A stretch of 63,731 bases of DNA, the filler included, from Octopus bimaculoides (lineage: Eukaryota), in NCBI RefSeq assembly GCF_001194135.2. It is 4 parts of 4 records of this genome, joined end to end, with 100 filler letters (N's around TTAATTAATTAA, not from the genome) between each part and the next. Parts side by side here need not be neighbours in the genome. Positions count along the whole stretch, not along the records: positions 1 to 28,693 come from NC_068987.1; 3 more parts are not named here. One strand, written 5' to 3'. The position numbers and the translations under genes are program-made. Below the pieces are notes generated by a model. That model saw only the letters and a list, made by a program, of their open reading frames with translations. It was not told where the DNA came from and ran no database searches. Numbering within the stretch: the stretch's first letter is position 1; each line of letters opens with the position of its first letter. Of the stretch, positions 1 through 9,384 are shown in pieces.

Positions 1-167
1 TGATGTGTTTACGTCCCGTAACTTAGTGGGACATTGTAGGGTACATGTAAAAGGCCAGATCTGACTAGCTTGAGCATAAAACAGGAAGAATATTACGGCC
101 AGATCTGATTTGAACTTAACCTGGTGAAAAATAAATGTTTTTTTTTTTTTGTTCCTTTTGTATTTAG

Positions 168-413
168 GAAGAATCTGTTGCTGAAATAAACCTGGCATCA
201 GATGTGGAAGAGAATATGGAAGAAGGTGAAGTTAGCAATGGCTGTGGAATGATGCAATTAGAAAATAGCAGCAATGGCTTCAGCAACAACAACAACAACA
301 ACATTGTCAGTGAAAACAACAAAAACACTTTCCATCATCAACAGCTTCAGCAGCCAACAGACTTTGCTTCATTTGATGAAACCACATTCGTCCAGGACTC
401 GAAACACAATCAG
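168..413 (+). CDS. Internal coding exon of an unidentified gene (acidic/Asn-Gln-rich, disordered-looking segment)
   Basis: Pyrimidine tract plus AG at 166-167; open frame EESVAEINLASDVEENMEEGEVSNGCG...FVQDSKHNQ (246 nt, phase 0/0); donor CAG|GTAAAA at 414. Confidence 0.75.
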
Positions 414-535
414 GTAAAAATATCAGCAGACTTTATCAATTGGTGTTCACTTTGTCAAAATGTTATAGGCATAGCTTTGGTGTCTTATGGTTTGGCCTTT
501 CTTTGTAGACAAAGCTTATCCACGATCAGCTAGTT

Positions 536-1025
536 TCATCATCATCATCATCGTCATCGTTTAACGTCCGTTTTTCCATGCTGGCATGGGTTGGACGGTT
601 CGACTGGGGTCTGGCAAGCCACGAGGCTGCACCAGGCTCCAATCTGATCTGGCAGAGTTTCTACAGCCAGATGCCCTTCCTAACACCAACCACTCCAAGA
701 GTGTAGTAGGTGCTTTTTTATGCGCCACCAACACAGGAACCAGAGGGGGCTGGCATTGGCTACATTCGGATGGTGTTTTTATGTGCCACCAGCACAGGAG
801 CTAGTCAAGGCAGTGCTGGCATCGACCACATTTGGATGGTGCTTTTACATACCACTGGCATGGGAGCCAGTAAAGGCGACGCTGGCATCAGCCACGTTTG
901 GATAGTGCTTTTTACATGCCATCATTACAGGGGCCAGAGGGGGCTGGCATCGGTCACGTTCGGATGGTGCTTTTTACGTGCCACCGGCACAGGTGCTAGC
1001 CAGGGCAAGGGGCTGGCATCGACCA
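536..1025 (-). mobile_element. SINE-like element (family D, (GAT)n tail) with five tandem copies of a ~65-bp internal unit
   Basis: Reverse complement ends ...AGGAAGGGCATCTGGCTGTAGAAAC...CCCATGCCAGCATGGAAAAAACGGACGTTAAACGATGACGATG; related copies at 31395-31585, 33880-34005, 37820-38000 and 45345-45570. Unit GGTGCTTTTTACGTGCCACC... is repeated at 710-1025. Confidence 0.75.
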
Positions 1026-1294
1026 ACGCTGTAACCACTAATCTCAAGTTTGTTATAGCTCCCATTAATTTGAAGAGCGAGAAGAGACTGATGGCATGCA
1101 ACTATTTTAGGCATTACTTAAAATAATATGATGATACACATTAATGGCTGGTTGTAGTAAATTCTGGACTCCAGGCCTAATTGTAGGGCTTTGTTGGTCA
1201 ATTAAAAATCTGTAAATTGCAAAATAAGGAAACTAAAAGAATACAAATTAAGTTTTATTAAAATAAAATCTTGTAACTTAATTTAATGCATTCT

Positions 1295-1650
1295 TTCATC
1301 ATCGTCATTTAACATCCACTTTTCCATGCTTGCATGGGTCAGAAGAAATTTGTTGAGACAGAATTTTATGGTTAGATGCCTTTCCTGTTGCCAATCTTCA
1401 CCTGTTTCCAAATGAAGTAATATTTTCCCATGGCTGGATGTGTTTTTCATAATGATGATGATGATGATGCTCATTTACAATGATCATGTGATCTCTACTC
1501 ATGAGTACACACACACACAAACTGCTTACAGGGTTTTGGTGAGCCTGAAACTATAGGGGAAGATACTTGCTTGAAGTACTGTGTAATGGGACTGAACCTA
1601 AGACCACAGGGTTGGGAAGCAAGCTTCTTAACCATACAGTCATGTTTGCA
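1295..1650 (-). mobile_element. Diverged SINE fragments (family D tail, then family B head)
   Basis: catcatcgtcatttaacatccacttttccatgct... matches the family D tail; 1520-1650 matches the reverse complement of the family B tRNA-like head. Confidence 0.55.
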
Positions 1651-1795
1651 CTTTTAAATATAAGAACTCAATCCATTTTGGATGGAATTTGGTTCTTCCT
1701 CTACTAGGATCTACTTTCATTTAATATTAGACTAAAAAGATGTTTTCTTTTCTCTTTTAATTTATTTATTAATGTCTTTTTTTTCTGTCTTGTAG

Positions 1796-1917
1796 CAGAA
1801 TTCAGATGTTAAACCAAAGGAATCTTACGAAATACAGTCTGAGAGTTCATCATCTTCAACACCAACTTATTATCAGAAATTTAATACCACTTTAGGGCCA
1901 GCAGATAGGTTCTGTGT
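1796..1917 (+). CDS. Internal coding exon of the same gene
   Basis: Long T-rich tract then TAG|CAG acceptor; open frame QNSDVKPKESYEIQSESSSSSTPTYYQKFNTTLGPADRFCV, in phase with the previous exon; consensus donor GTAAGT at 1918 (phase 2). An alternative in-phase donor GTTCTG lies at 1909. Confidence 0.75.
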
Positions 1918-1987
1918 GTAAGTTTTGATTCTGTCTTCCTATTATTATCTTAGTTTCAATCTCTTTTTGGTTTCCATAATACTACTT

Positions 1988-2034
<47 letters not shown>

Positions 2035-2200
2035 NNNNNNNNNNNNNNNNNNNNNNNNNNNNNNNNNNNNNNNNNNNNNNNNNNNNNNNNNNNNNNNNNN
2101 NNNNNNNNNNNNNNNNNNNNNNNNNNNNNNNNNNNNNNNNNNNNNNNNNNNNNNNNNNNNNNNNNNNNNNNNNNNNNNNNNNNNNNNNNNNNNNNNNNNC

Positions 2201-2830
2201 CCTAGGAAAAACCGTTTCCTGTTGGCTTGACACATTTCCTGTGTCCTTATGTTTTCAATGATAATAAATGCCCTGATGCTGTACTAGGCAGTGGCTCTCA
2301 TGGCTTCTGATCTTAATTGATTGAAAGTGTTATCATGTACTTTGTTTTGTCTTGGTATAAAAGATGGGTTACAACAAATATTTTGCTCAATACCACAGAT
2401 TTGCTTGTCAGTTGTTTGACCTTAACCAGTTGGGCATGTCCCTTGGTGGCTGACGATATGTGCATCTCTGATCATGAGCAGAAGTAGTGGGGGAGAATCA
2501 TAGCCATGTGTTGAGAAGAATTCTTTGGTGGATTTGAACAATTCACATCTGGAAATATGGGTGTTTTGCTCAACATCCTTAAACAAACCTTATTCAGGGA
2601 CCTTTTGAGTGGGATGGGCTACTCAGCCTGAAGAAAATTCTAACTGGGCCCCACTTGCAAGACCATGCGCTGTTTATCTTGATATGAGATCACCATTTCA
2701 TGCACATATGGTTGTGATGCATGTGCCTGGTGTACCCTTATCAGACGGGTATAATGGACTTCGTATATTTTACCCCAGTGTCATTGTGATGGCATGCACT
2801 GCTCTCTCACTCAATAATAATAATGATAAT
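2201..2830. repeat. Probable interspersed repeat, unclassified, ending in (AAT)n
   Basis: Higher-GC, complex sequence inside an intron, ending in ctcactcaataataataat. No second copy in the window and no recognisable ORF. Confidence 0.3.
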
Positions 2831-3086
2831 AATAAATGGAGTTTGGACTTTCAGACTGTACTGTGATGGTGATGATACAAGGAAAGTTTGTCAGGGCAGA
2901 AGGTGTATGTATGTATGCCAAGTAGTGGATATGATGAAGGCAATTGAATTTGATTGCAGATATAAATAGCTATAAAGAGTATCTGTGGTGATTGAGTAAA
3001 AAATATTGGACTCAAAGTCGAATGCTAGAAACATAATTTTGGCAATAAACTCATGGACAGTCACAATGGTTTGGTATAGCACTGTG

Positions 3087-3320
3087 AAGGTGAAGCATCA
3101 TGTGCACCCACAGGTGAAACATAATGTGTGCCCACAGGTGAAACATAATGTGCATCCACAGGTGAAACATAATGTGTGCCCACAGGTGAAACATAATGTG
3201 TGCCCACGGGTGAAACATAATGTGCACCTACAGGTGAAACATCATGTGCACTCACAGGTGAAACATCATGTGCACCTGCAGGGGAAACATCATGTGCACT
3301 ACAGGTGAAACATGCATGAA
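3087..3320 (+). repeat. 24-bp minisatellite, about 10 units (CAGGTGAAACATAATGTGTGCCCA)
   Basis: Units start at 3087, 3111, 3135, 3159, 3183, 3207, 3231, 3255, 3279 and 3303; exact 24-nt period. Confidence 0.95.
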
Positions 3321-3360
3321 CACCATGTTCACCCACAGATGTGTGCGTGTGTGTGTGTGT

Positions 3361-3650
3361 GAAGAGCTTTGAGATAACCCTGACACCTGGGAAACACAAG
3401 CACAAGTCCACCCTGCCTGGCGAAGCTGCACCAACAGAAGTACCACCTCCTATCTACAGAGCAGGATTGTAGACGCACAAAGAAAATGCAAACTGTGCCA
3501 AGTGCAGCACCAACGCCCTGCCTGCAGTCCCAGCAGACCTTCGGCAGAACCTTCCAAGCAGGCATTGGACTGATTGGCCACAGCTGGACACACTGTGCCC
3601 TGTCTGTGATGTCCTTGGTCATTGTCAACAACACGGGATGAACTAATAAG
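3361..3650 (+). mobile_element. RTE-clade LINE, degenerate 3' end of the ORF
   Basis: DNPDTWETQAQVHPAWRSCTNRSTTSYLQSRIVDAQRKCKL, then (frameshift) TFGRTFQAGIGLIGHSWTH. This matches the RTE C-terminal pattern W-E-x-x-A-x-D-R-x-x-W-R and the terminal C-x-x-C-x-R-x-F-x-A-x-I-G-L-x-x-H-x-x-x-H motif. Confidence 0.75.
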
Positions 3651-3759
3651 GCGTGTGTGTGTGTTTGTGTTTGTGTGTGTGTGTGTGTGTGTATGTACTT
3701 AGACGGAAGCTTTGTTAAATATCTAATCTTCATTTCCCTGTCTTTTTTTCTTTTTGCAG

Positions 3760-3862
3760 AGGTGGTGCATTTGGTTACCATCTTGGACTGAACCGTTCCT
3801 ACTGCAAGCCCTCTTGGGATGCTATAGCTGATATGAGAACTTATGTGTCAGACTATTACTGA
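3760..3862 (+). CDS. Terminal coding exon of the same gene
   Basis: Strong acceptor (tctttttttctttttgcag); phase 2 matches the upstream donor; frame GGAFGYHLGLNRSYCKPSWDAIADMRTYVSDYY, stop TGA at 3860-3862; followed by AT-rich UTR-like sequence. Protein family not recognised. Confidence 0.75.
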
Positions 3863-4774
3863 GATTAAGTTGATGTTTAATTTTTTTTGTTGTAATTTTG
3901 TTTTTTTTTTATTTTCTTTCATTCTTCATTTTACGTGACTCTTTGTTCACATCTTCATTATTATTTTTATAAAATACCAGCTGATTATATTATATTATAA
4001 ATATCTGAAAGTTTTTTTTCCCTCTTTGAAATCATATTTTCACACACCTTTTAAATTCATAATTGTTCATATTAAAAAAAAAAAGAAGAAAAAAGGCGGT
4101 GCTCCAGCATGGCCGCAGTCAAATGACTGAAACAAATAAAAGAGTAATGGTTCTGGGAGACTTTGTCATTTGATGATGGGGGACTTAAAGAAGAATTTAG
4201 AAGGAAAAAGTGGAAACACAATGACCGTCTGGTTAAGGTGCTGGAAACACATGCAAATGTTGTTGCAGTTGTTGTACTCTGTCCTTGGACAAGAGACATT
4301 TTTGTGTAAACTCCAGTCTTAGTAATTGACAAGAGGTTCCCCATTCTTACTTCACAATTGTGTTGTGTTTCAACTGGTGGTGGAAGAGCACTAACTTCAA
4401 CAATATGAAAAAAAAAAAAGAAATTGGAAGAAAAAAAAAAGGAAAAAAAGAATTAATATTTCCAATGATCCATCCTCACTTATATCTGAATGAAATGGTG
4501 GAAAGTAAAGGGGTTAAGAAAAAAACCCGGAAAAGGAAAAAAAATAATGAAAAATAATCGAATTTTCTGTTTTTTTTTTAATTGGTCTGTATTTTTATGT
4601 TTAAGAATCACAAATAGCTGAGTTGATTAAGCATTGGCATCAATAAGTTTCAGTCTCTTCCTGGCCCTGTAGTAAGCTCGGTTAAGTTCACCGAACTATA
4701 AATGAGCAATGAAGTGCAGTGTAGTTCACTGCTGAAACCTTTGACATCAATGTATAACTAATATAGTCAAGAGT

Positions 4775-5010
4775 GTCTTGTTAAGTTATAGTAATCACCT
4801 GATCAACCAAACTGTCAGACGTTGTTATACCTCACTGGTCACAGTGCACTTTGCATCGTTTTTAGGTTTTCAAATGGTGCCACCCCACTGGTTAGGCAAG
4901 CCAGTCCATCACAGGGTCACCCATTCACAGCTGAGCAGACTGGAACAATGTGAAGTAAAGGGTTTTGCTCAAGAACTTATAATATTCAACTCAAATGTTG
5001 TTTTGGCTTG
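4775..5010 (-). mobile_element. CORE/V-type SINE relic in the putative 3' UTR
   Basis: Reverse complement has TTCTTGAGCAAAACCCTTTACTTCACATTGTTCCAGTCTGCTCAGCTG...GACCCTGTGATGGACTGG, resembling CORE-SINE and V-domain motifs (recalled). Related copy at 60770-60915. Confidence 0.45.
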
Positions 5011-5385
5011 GAGTAAGGGGGGGGGGTGAGGACGTCTTCAAATGAATATACAACAAAAGAATTTATCGGATTGTCTCACTTCTTACTCACTCCATTCACC
5101 CCTCTCCCCCCACAACACACTTTTTGTGTTTTACCAGTTGTTTGCTTTTAGTTTATTTAATTGGTATGTTTTTTTTTTTTTCTCTCTCTTTTTGTTTTCC
5201 TGTGCAAAAGGAAAAGGAAAAAAATTGAACTCACTCAATTTCAGTAATTTTCTGCATTTGGGGGAAAAAAAATTTATCAAAATGTGTTTCAATGTAAATA
5301 GATTCAAGCTGTCGATATTACAAAATGTCTACAAGAAGAACGACATTCGACACACCGTATACGACAGTGGAACTAGTTGAAAGTA

Positions 5386-5391
5386 AATAAA
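5386..5391 (+). promoter_or_regulatory. Candidate polyadenylation signal of the + strand gene
   Basis: AATAAA about 1.5 kb after the stop, followed by a GT-rich (TTG)n stretch. Other AATAAA hexamers exist, so this is not unique. Confidence 0.3.
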
Positions 5392-5464
5392 AGAACATTT
5401 GTATATGCCTTGAATCACTATTGTTATTATTGTTGTTGTAGCTGTTGTTGTTGTTGTTGTTGTT

Positions 5465-5625
5465 GTTGTTTACTTCCAGATCAGTTCTGATCTGCTGGAT
5501 TTTATAATCAAAGACATTCTATTAATGACCATCCCAACCTTTTGTTTTGTCATACACTGTGTATCTAGGACTACATTAGCTAATGTATTTCTGCTTCTGA
5601 AAGGCAGCAGAGTACGATGTGACAG
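5465..5625 (-). repeat. Interspersed repeat family E
   Basis: Shares GGATAATGTAGTCCTAGATACAC and GGGATGGTCA...TTTGAT...GATCAG motifs with copies near 8840-9350, 37495-37580, 38575-38720, 43245-43570 and 57050-57180. Confidence 0.55.
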
Positions 5626-5661
5626 ACAGACAGACAGAACTGGAGCAGAGAGAAGACATGT

Positions 5662-5950
5662 CTTTGGTGTAGTGGATAAGGGCTATTAGCTCTCGGATTC
5701 TAAGTTCAATCCCAGGCAGGGACTTGAAAAATAATATTAACAGGAAAATAACATCAGCAACATACCTCAGGAATGAGAACAGTGTATCCCATTAGTCAAA
5801 TAAAGGGTTGGGTTTGAAATTCCACCAGAACACCTGATGAAGGCTGGAGAGTACACCAGCCGAAATGTTGTGATAACAACAAACAAGAGGAGGACATCTG
5901 CCTGTCTATTGTAAATAATGCACAAAATTCCTCATCTCAGAAATATAGAA
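5662..5950 (+). mobile_element. Solo tRNA-headed, hammerhead-bearing module (Penelope terminal-repeat derivative)
   Basis: Box A-like GGTGTAGTGG (5666), box B-like GTTCAATCC (5704), then AGGAATGAGAAC, a hammerhead core and the tail ACAAACAAGAGGAGGACA...TGTAAATAATG. Homologous to 38725-38988 (-) and 62364-62573 (+). Confidence 0.75.
5829..5874 (+). ncRNA. Minimal type I hammerhead ribozyme motif
   Basis: AACAC-CTGATGA-A-GGCTGG(AGAGTACA)CCAGCC-GAAA-TG-TT-GTGAT: intact CUGAUGA and GAAA core, 6-bp stem II, stem I CAC/GTG, and a one-base-pair stem III with a near-palindromic AUGU loop, as in PLE-associated dimeric hammerheads. Confidence 0.7.
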
Positions 5951-5984
5951 AAGTATTAGCTGAATTGGCGATGTGTGTGTGTGT

Positions 5985-6197
5985 GTGTGTATGTTTGTGT
6001 GTCTATTTGTCCCCTCCCTCACCACTTGACAACCGATGTTGGTGTGTTTACATCCCCCGTAACTTAGCAGTTCGGCAAAAGGGACCGATAGAATAAGTAC
6101 TAGGTTTACAAAGAATAAGTCCTGGGGTCGATTTGTTTGACTAAAGGCGGTGCTCCAGCATGGCCGCAGTCAACTGACTGAAACAAATAAAAGAATA
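5985..6197 (+). mobile_element. SINE family B, 3' half
   Basis: ...CCCCGTAACTTAGCAGTTCGGCAAAA...GGCGGTGCTCCAGCATGGCCGCAGTCAACTGACTGAAACAAATAAAAGA; many copies in the window. Confidence 0.8.
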
Positions 6198-6399
6198 CCA
6201 TTGAAATCTTGAAGCTACAACTTCATTCAAAACAATGGGCATTTGACAAAGAAATCCAAATGCTAAAAGGTTTTCTATAATGCTGCTGTGCTAAAGCTAC
6301 ACTCTCTTCAATTTTAAACTGGGTCCATTTTACTGCCTTAAGGAAATGGTAGAAAGTGGGGTGTTTGTGATTTCTAGTGGTGAAATTTTATATCTTTTA

Positions 6400-6598
6400 T
6401 TTCTTTCAGTCATTGGACTGCAGCCATGCTGGGGCATCACCTTGAAGGGCTTGGTTAAACAAACTGATTCAAGTGCTTATTTTTTTTAAAGTCTGCTATT
6501 TATTCTATTTGTTTCTTTTGCCAAACAATCAAGTTATCGGGACGTAAACAAACCAACACCAGTTGTCAAGCGATCGGCAGAATGACAGATACAAACAC

Positions 6599-6646
<48 letters not shown>

Positions 6647-6790
6647 GTCTGTCTAATACAGGCTTCCACACAGTTTCCATTATCCTATTCACTACTAAAC
6701 CATTGGCCAGTCTGGGGCTATAGCAGAAGATGTGGGCCCAAGGTGCCACACTGGTAATAAAACAAACTTAACCACACTGCCATGCCTGTT
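6400..6790 (-). mobile_element. SINE family B, inverted copy with (TCTA)n insert
   Basis: Reverse complement of the family B tail (cagccatgctggggca...) and head (ggcccaaggtgccacactgg). Confidence 0.7.
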
Positions 6791-8291
6791 TATATAATTT
6801 TATTTCGGAATCATCCATGGTTAGCCAACTCCCCAGCCAGATAATACCATAAGCACCACCACTTGGTATATAAGACATTAATTATTTATTTTCTAATTAT
6901 GCTAATTACGATATTGGTGAACTTATGTAGTATCGCCTTATTCCGTCACAAATTCCTTCATAGGTGCATTTAACATTACTGCAGAATTATCTCCCTTGAT
7001 CTGCATAAAATCAGGAATACTCTCTGTTTTCTGCTTTATTTTAGTTGGACTAACTTTAAAAACTCTTTAACGCTTTGGCTGCCAAAGGAGTCACTAGTAA
7101 CTTCTCTTGGCGATGATTTCTTTTTTGTCATGGAGCCCCTCATTGCTGTGGTTCGAAACTACATCTTCCGAATTTTAGAAAATCTCCAGAACCCAAATAT
7201 CAGAAGGTTGCAAGCTACAGTCATCTTCATCATCGGATCACCTTGCCTTCCATAATTTTGGAGAGCGTGGTGGTGGGGAAGCCATTAAGGCTTATGTGAT
7301 ATAATCTGAAATATAAAATCTTTTATCTCTTACTTGTTTCAGCCATTAGACTGTGGCCATGCTGGGGCACCGCATGGTTCAGTCGAATGAATCATCAACT
7401 GCGCTTTTTTTCTTTTTTTAGCCTGNNNNNNNNNNNNNNNNNNNNNNNNNNNNNNNNNNNNNNNNNNNNNNNNNNNNNNNNNNNNNNNNNNNNNNNNNNN
7501 NNNNNNNNNNNNNNNNNNNNNNNNNNNNNNNNNNNNNNNNNNNNNNNNNNNNNNNNNNNNNNNNNNNNNNNNNNNNNNNNNNNNNNNNNNNNNNNNNNNN
7601 NNNNNNNNNNNNNNNNNNNNNNNNNNNNNNNNNNNNNNNNNNNNNNNNNNNNNNNNNNNNNNNNNNNNNNNNNNNNNNNNNNNNNNNNNNNNNNNNNNNN
7701 NNNNNNNNNNNNNNNNNNNNNNNNNNNNNNNNNNNNNNNNNNNNNNNNNNNNNNNNNNNNNNNNNNNNNNNNNNNNNNNNNNNNNNNNNNNNNNNNNNNN
7801 NNNNNNNNNNNNNNNNNNNNNNNNNNNNNNNNNNNNNNNNNNNNNNNNNNNNNNNNNNNNNNNNNNNNNNNNNNNNNNNNNNNNNNNNNNNNNNNNNNNN
7901 NNNNNNNNNNNNNNNNNNNNNNNNNNNNNNNNNNNNNNNNNNNNNNNNNNNNNNNNNNNNNNNNNNNNNNNNNNNNNNNNNNNNNNNNNNNNNNNNNNNN
8001 NNNNNNNNNNNNNNNNNNNNNNNNNNNNNNNNNNNNNNNNNNNNNNNNNNNNNNNNNNNNNNNNNNNNNNNNNNNNNNNNNNNNNNNNNNNNNNNNNNNN
8101 NNNNNNNNNNNNNNNNNNNNNNNNNNNNNNNNNNNNNNNNNNNNNNNNNNNNNNNNNNNNNNNNNNNNNNNNNNNNNNNNNNNNNNNNNNNNNNNNNNNN
8201 NNNNNNNNNNNNNNNNNNNNNNNNNNNNNNNNNNNNNNNNNNNNNNNNNNNNNNNNNNNNNNNNNNNNNNNNNNNNNNNNNNNNNNNNNNN

Positions 8292-8605
8292 AACCTTCTA
8301 CACAAACCGCTTTAAATCGAGAGCAGTGACTGCGCCTCCATCTTTGGAAAGTGAAGGAGAGAAAGTATCATCTGTTCTGATCAGTGGAGTCGAGAGAACT
8401 GTCAAATCTTTGAACAAAGGGAAAGTACCGGGCAAGCATGGTATAACATCTGAAATGCTGCAGGCCAGCGGAGAGCAGCCATGAAAAACCCTCGCTCTAC
8501 GCTTCAATCGCAACCTAGAGGAAGGATCACTATCTTCCCAATGGGAAGAGTCATGTACGATCCTGCTGTACAAGAAGGGCGATAAGGAAGATCTTAAGAA
8601 CTAAA
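8292..8605 (+). mobile_element. RTE-clade LINE, reverse transcriptase N-terminal fragment (pseudogenised)
   Basis: VERTVKSLNKGKVPGKHGITSEMLQASGEQP*KTLALRFNRNLEEGSLSSQWEESCTILLYKKGDKEDLKN* matches the K-x-P-G-x-D-G-I...L-L-x-K-K-G-D...N-Y-R-P pattern of the APE-LINE RT start. Confidence 0.85.
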
Positions 8606-8670
8606 CCGTTAAAACAAACCGTTAAAATGAACTGTTAAAATAAACCGTTAAAACAAACCGTTAAAATGAA
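8604..8670 (+). repeat. Short tandem repeat (AAACCGTTAAAA-like, 5 units) at the LINE truncation point
   Basis: aaaccgttaaaac aaaccgttaaaatg aactgttaaaat aaaccgttaaaac aaaccgttaaaatg. Confidence 0.85.
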
Positions 8671-8929
8671 AATAGTATCTTTTTAACAGTGGAAACACGA
8701 ATTGTTGTTACTTATTTTATTGACTTTGAAGAAATGAAAGGCAGCAATGAAACTGGTGGAATTTGAAGTCTAGACGTCGAGAGAAGGAACTAAATATTGC
8801 AAGAATATCGAGGAATTGCGAGCCGATGAAGAGGCTTCCATGTGGTTGTTAAAAACAGCGGCTAGATCGCCATTAAATAATAACATCATATTGTCTTAAA
8901 CAAGGAAAGGGCACATTTGCTAATGGGGT

Positions 8930-9219
8930 CTTCTTTTAACCCCTTCGTTCCCTCTGCAGCATCGACGATGGAGCATAGGCTGTCGATGAATTTTCTTCAC
9001 TGTTCTCGATTCTGGATTCTTGAACTTGGGTGTCCTCACCCAGGTTTTGTTGGATTTGAATAATTCTGTAAGCTAGCTGGGGTATGCAAACCCACTTTTA
9101 CCTCTAGGAAGAGGTGGTTCGTTTTTTTCTGGCCTTTGTCCTTTGACCTGTCCAACAAAGGAGGCCTAACAGAAGCTTGCTCTCTGCTGACAAGGTTATC
9201 GAGGCATCCAAGCCACCAC
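8930..9219 (-). mobile_element. Short bipartite RTE derivative (5' UTR joined to 3' end), inserted in a family E repeat
   Basis: Reverse complement starts GTGGTGGCTTGGATGCCTCGATAACC...GGACAGGTCAAAGG...GGCCAG (RTE 5' UTR-like) and ends AATCGAGAACAGTGAAGAAAATTCATCGACAGCCTATGCTCC...GAAGGGTTAAAAGAAGA (NREQWKKFIEALC-like RTE end). Family E halves lie on both sides. Confidence 0.5.
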
Positions 9220-9384
9220 AATATAGACTCGACCTTGTAGTGGACATATAGTCTTACATAGTCTTAAAAGGACGAGTTGGTCACGGTTGGAAGAAATATG
9301 ATAATAGGTCTTTCTATCAGAGCTGACCTAAACAACAATAACAACAACAAGAGTAAGAATAACAAACAATTCACTCGTCCTAGA

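Noticed and set aside
204-533. 109-aa ORF read as a stand-alone gene
   Set aside because: It is the 168-413 exon plus read-through into the intron; there is a good donor at 414 and the start is an internal GTG.
710-1126. 138-aa ORF with repeated GxGLASxTFGWCF motifs
   Set aside because: Translation of the ~65-bp tandem SINE units; no splice signals or start context.
3006-3308. ORF with (VKHNVCPQ)n, superficially like a His/Cys metal-binding repeat protein
   Set aside because: A by-product of a 24-bp (multiple of 3) minisatellite inside an intron; no supporting splice sites in phase with the gene.
3087-3320. CRISPR-like array (also considered for 9488-9950)
   Set aside because: Units are contiguous with no unique spacers, the context is eukaryotic, and there are no cas genes.
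168-3862. Assignment of the + strand gene to UVRAG because human UVRAG lies tail-to-tail with WNT11
   Set aside because: The C-terminal peptide does not resemble what I recall of UVRAG, and two scaffold joins separate the genes. Left unnamed.
7060-7260. piggyBac-like end (TTAA CGCTTT) with a nearby acidic peptide
   Set aside because: No matching second terminus, and the acidic frame points towards rather than away from the supposed end.
7387-8484. Long ORFs in the supplied track that span N runs (here and at about 10.8, 12.6, 13.9, 23, 27.2, 32.7, 46.4, 51, 53.5, 56 and 62.6 kb)
   Set aside because: Artefacts of translating gaps as X.
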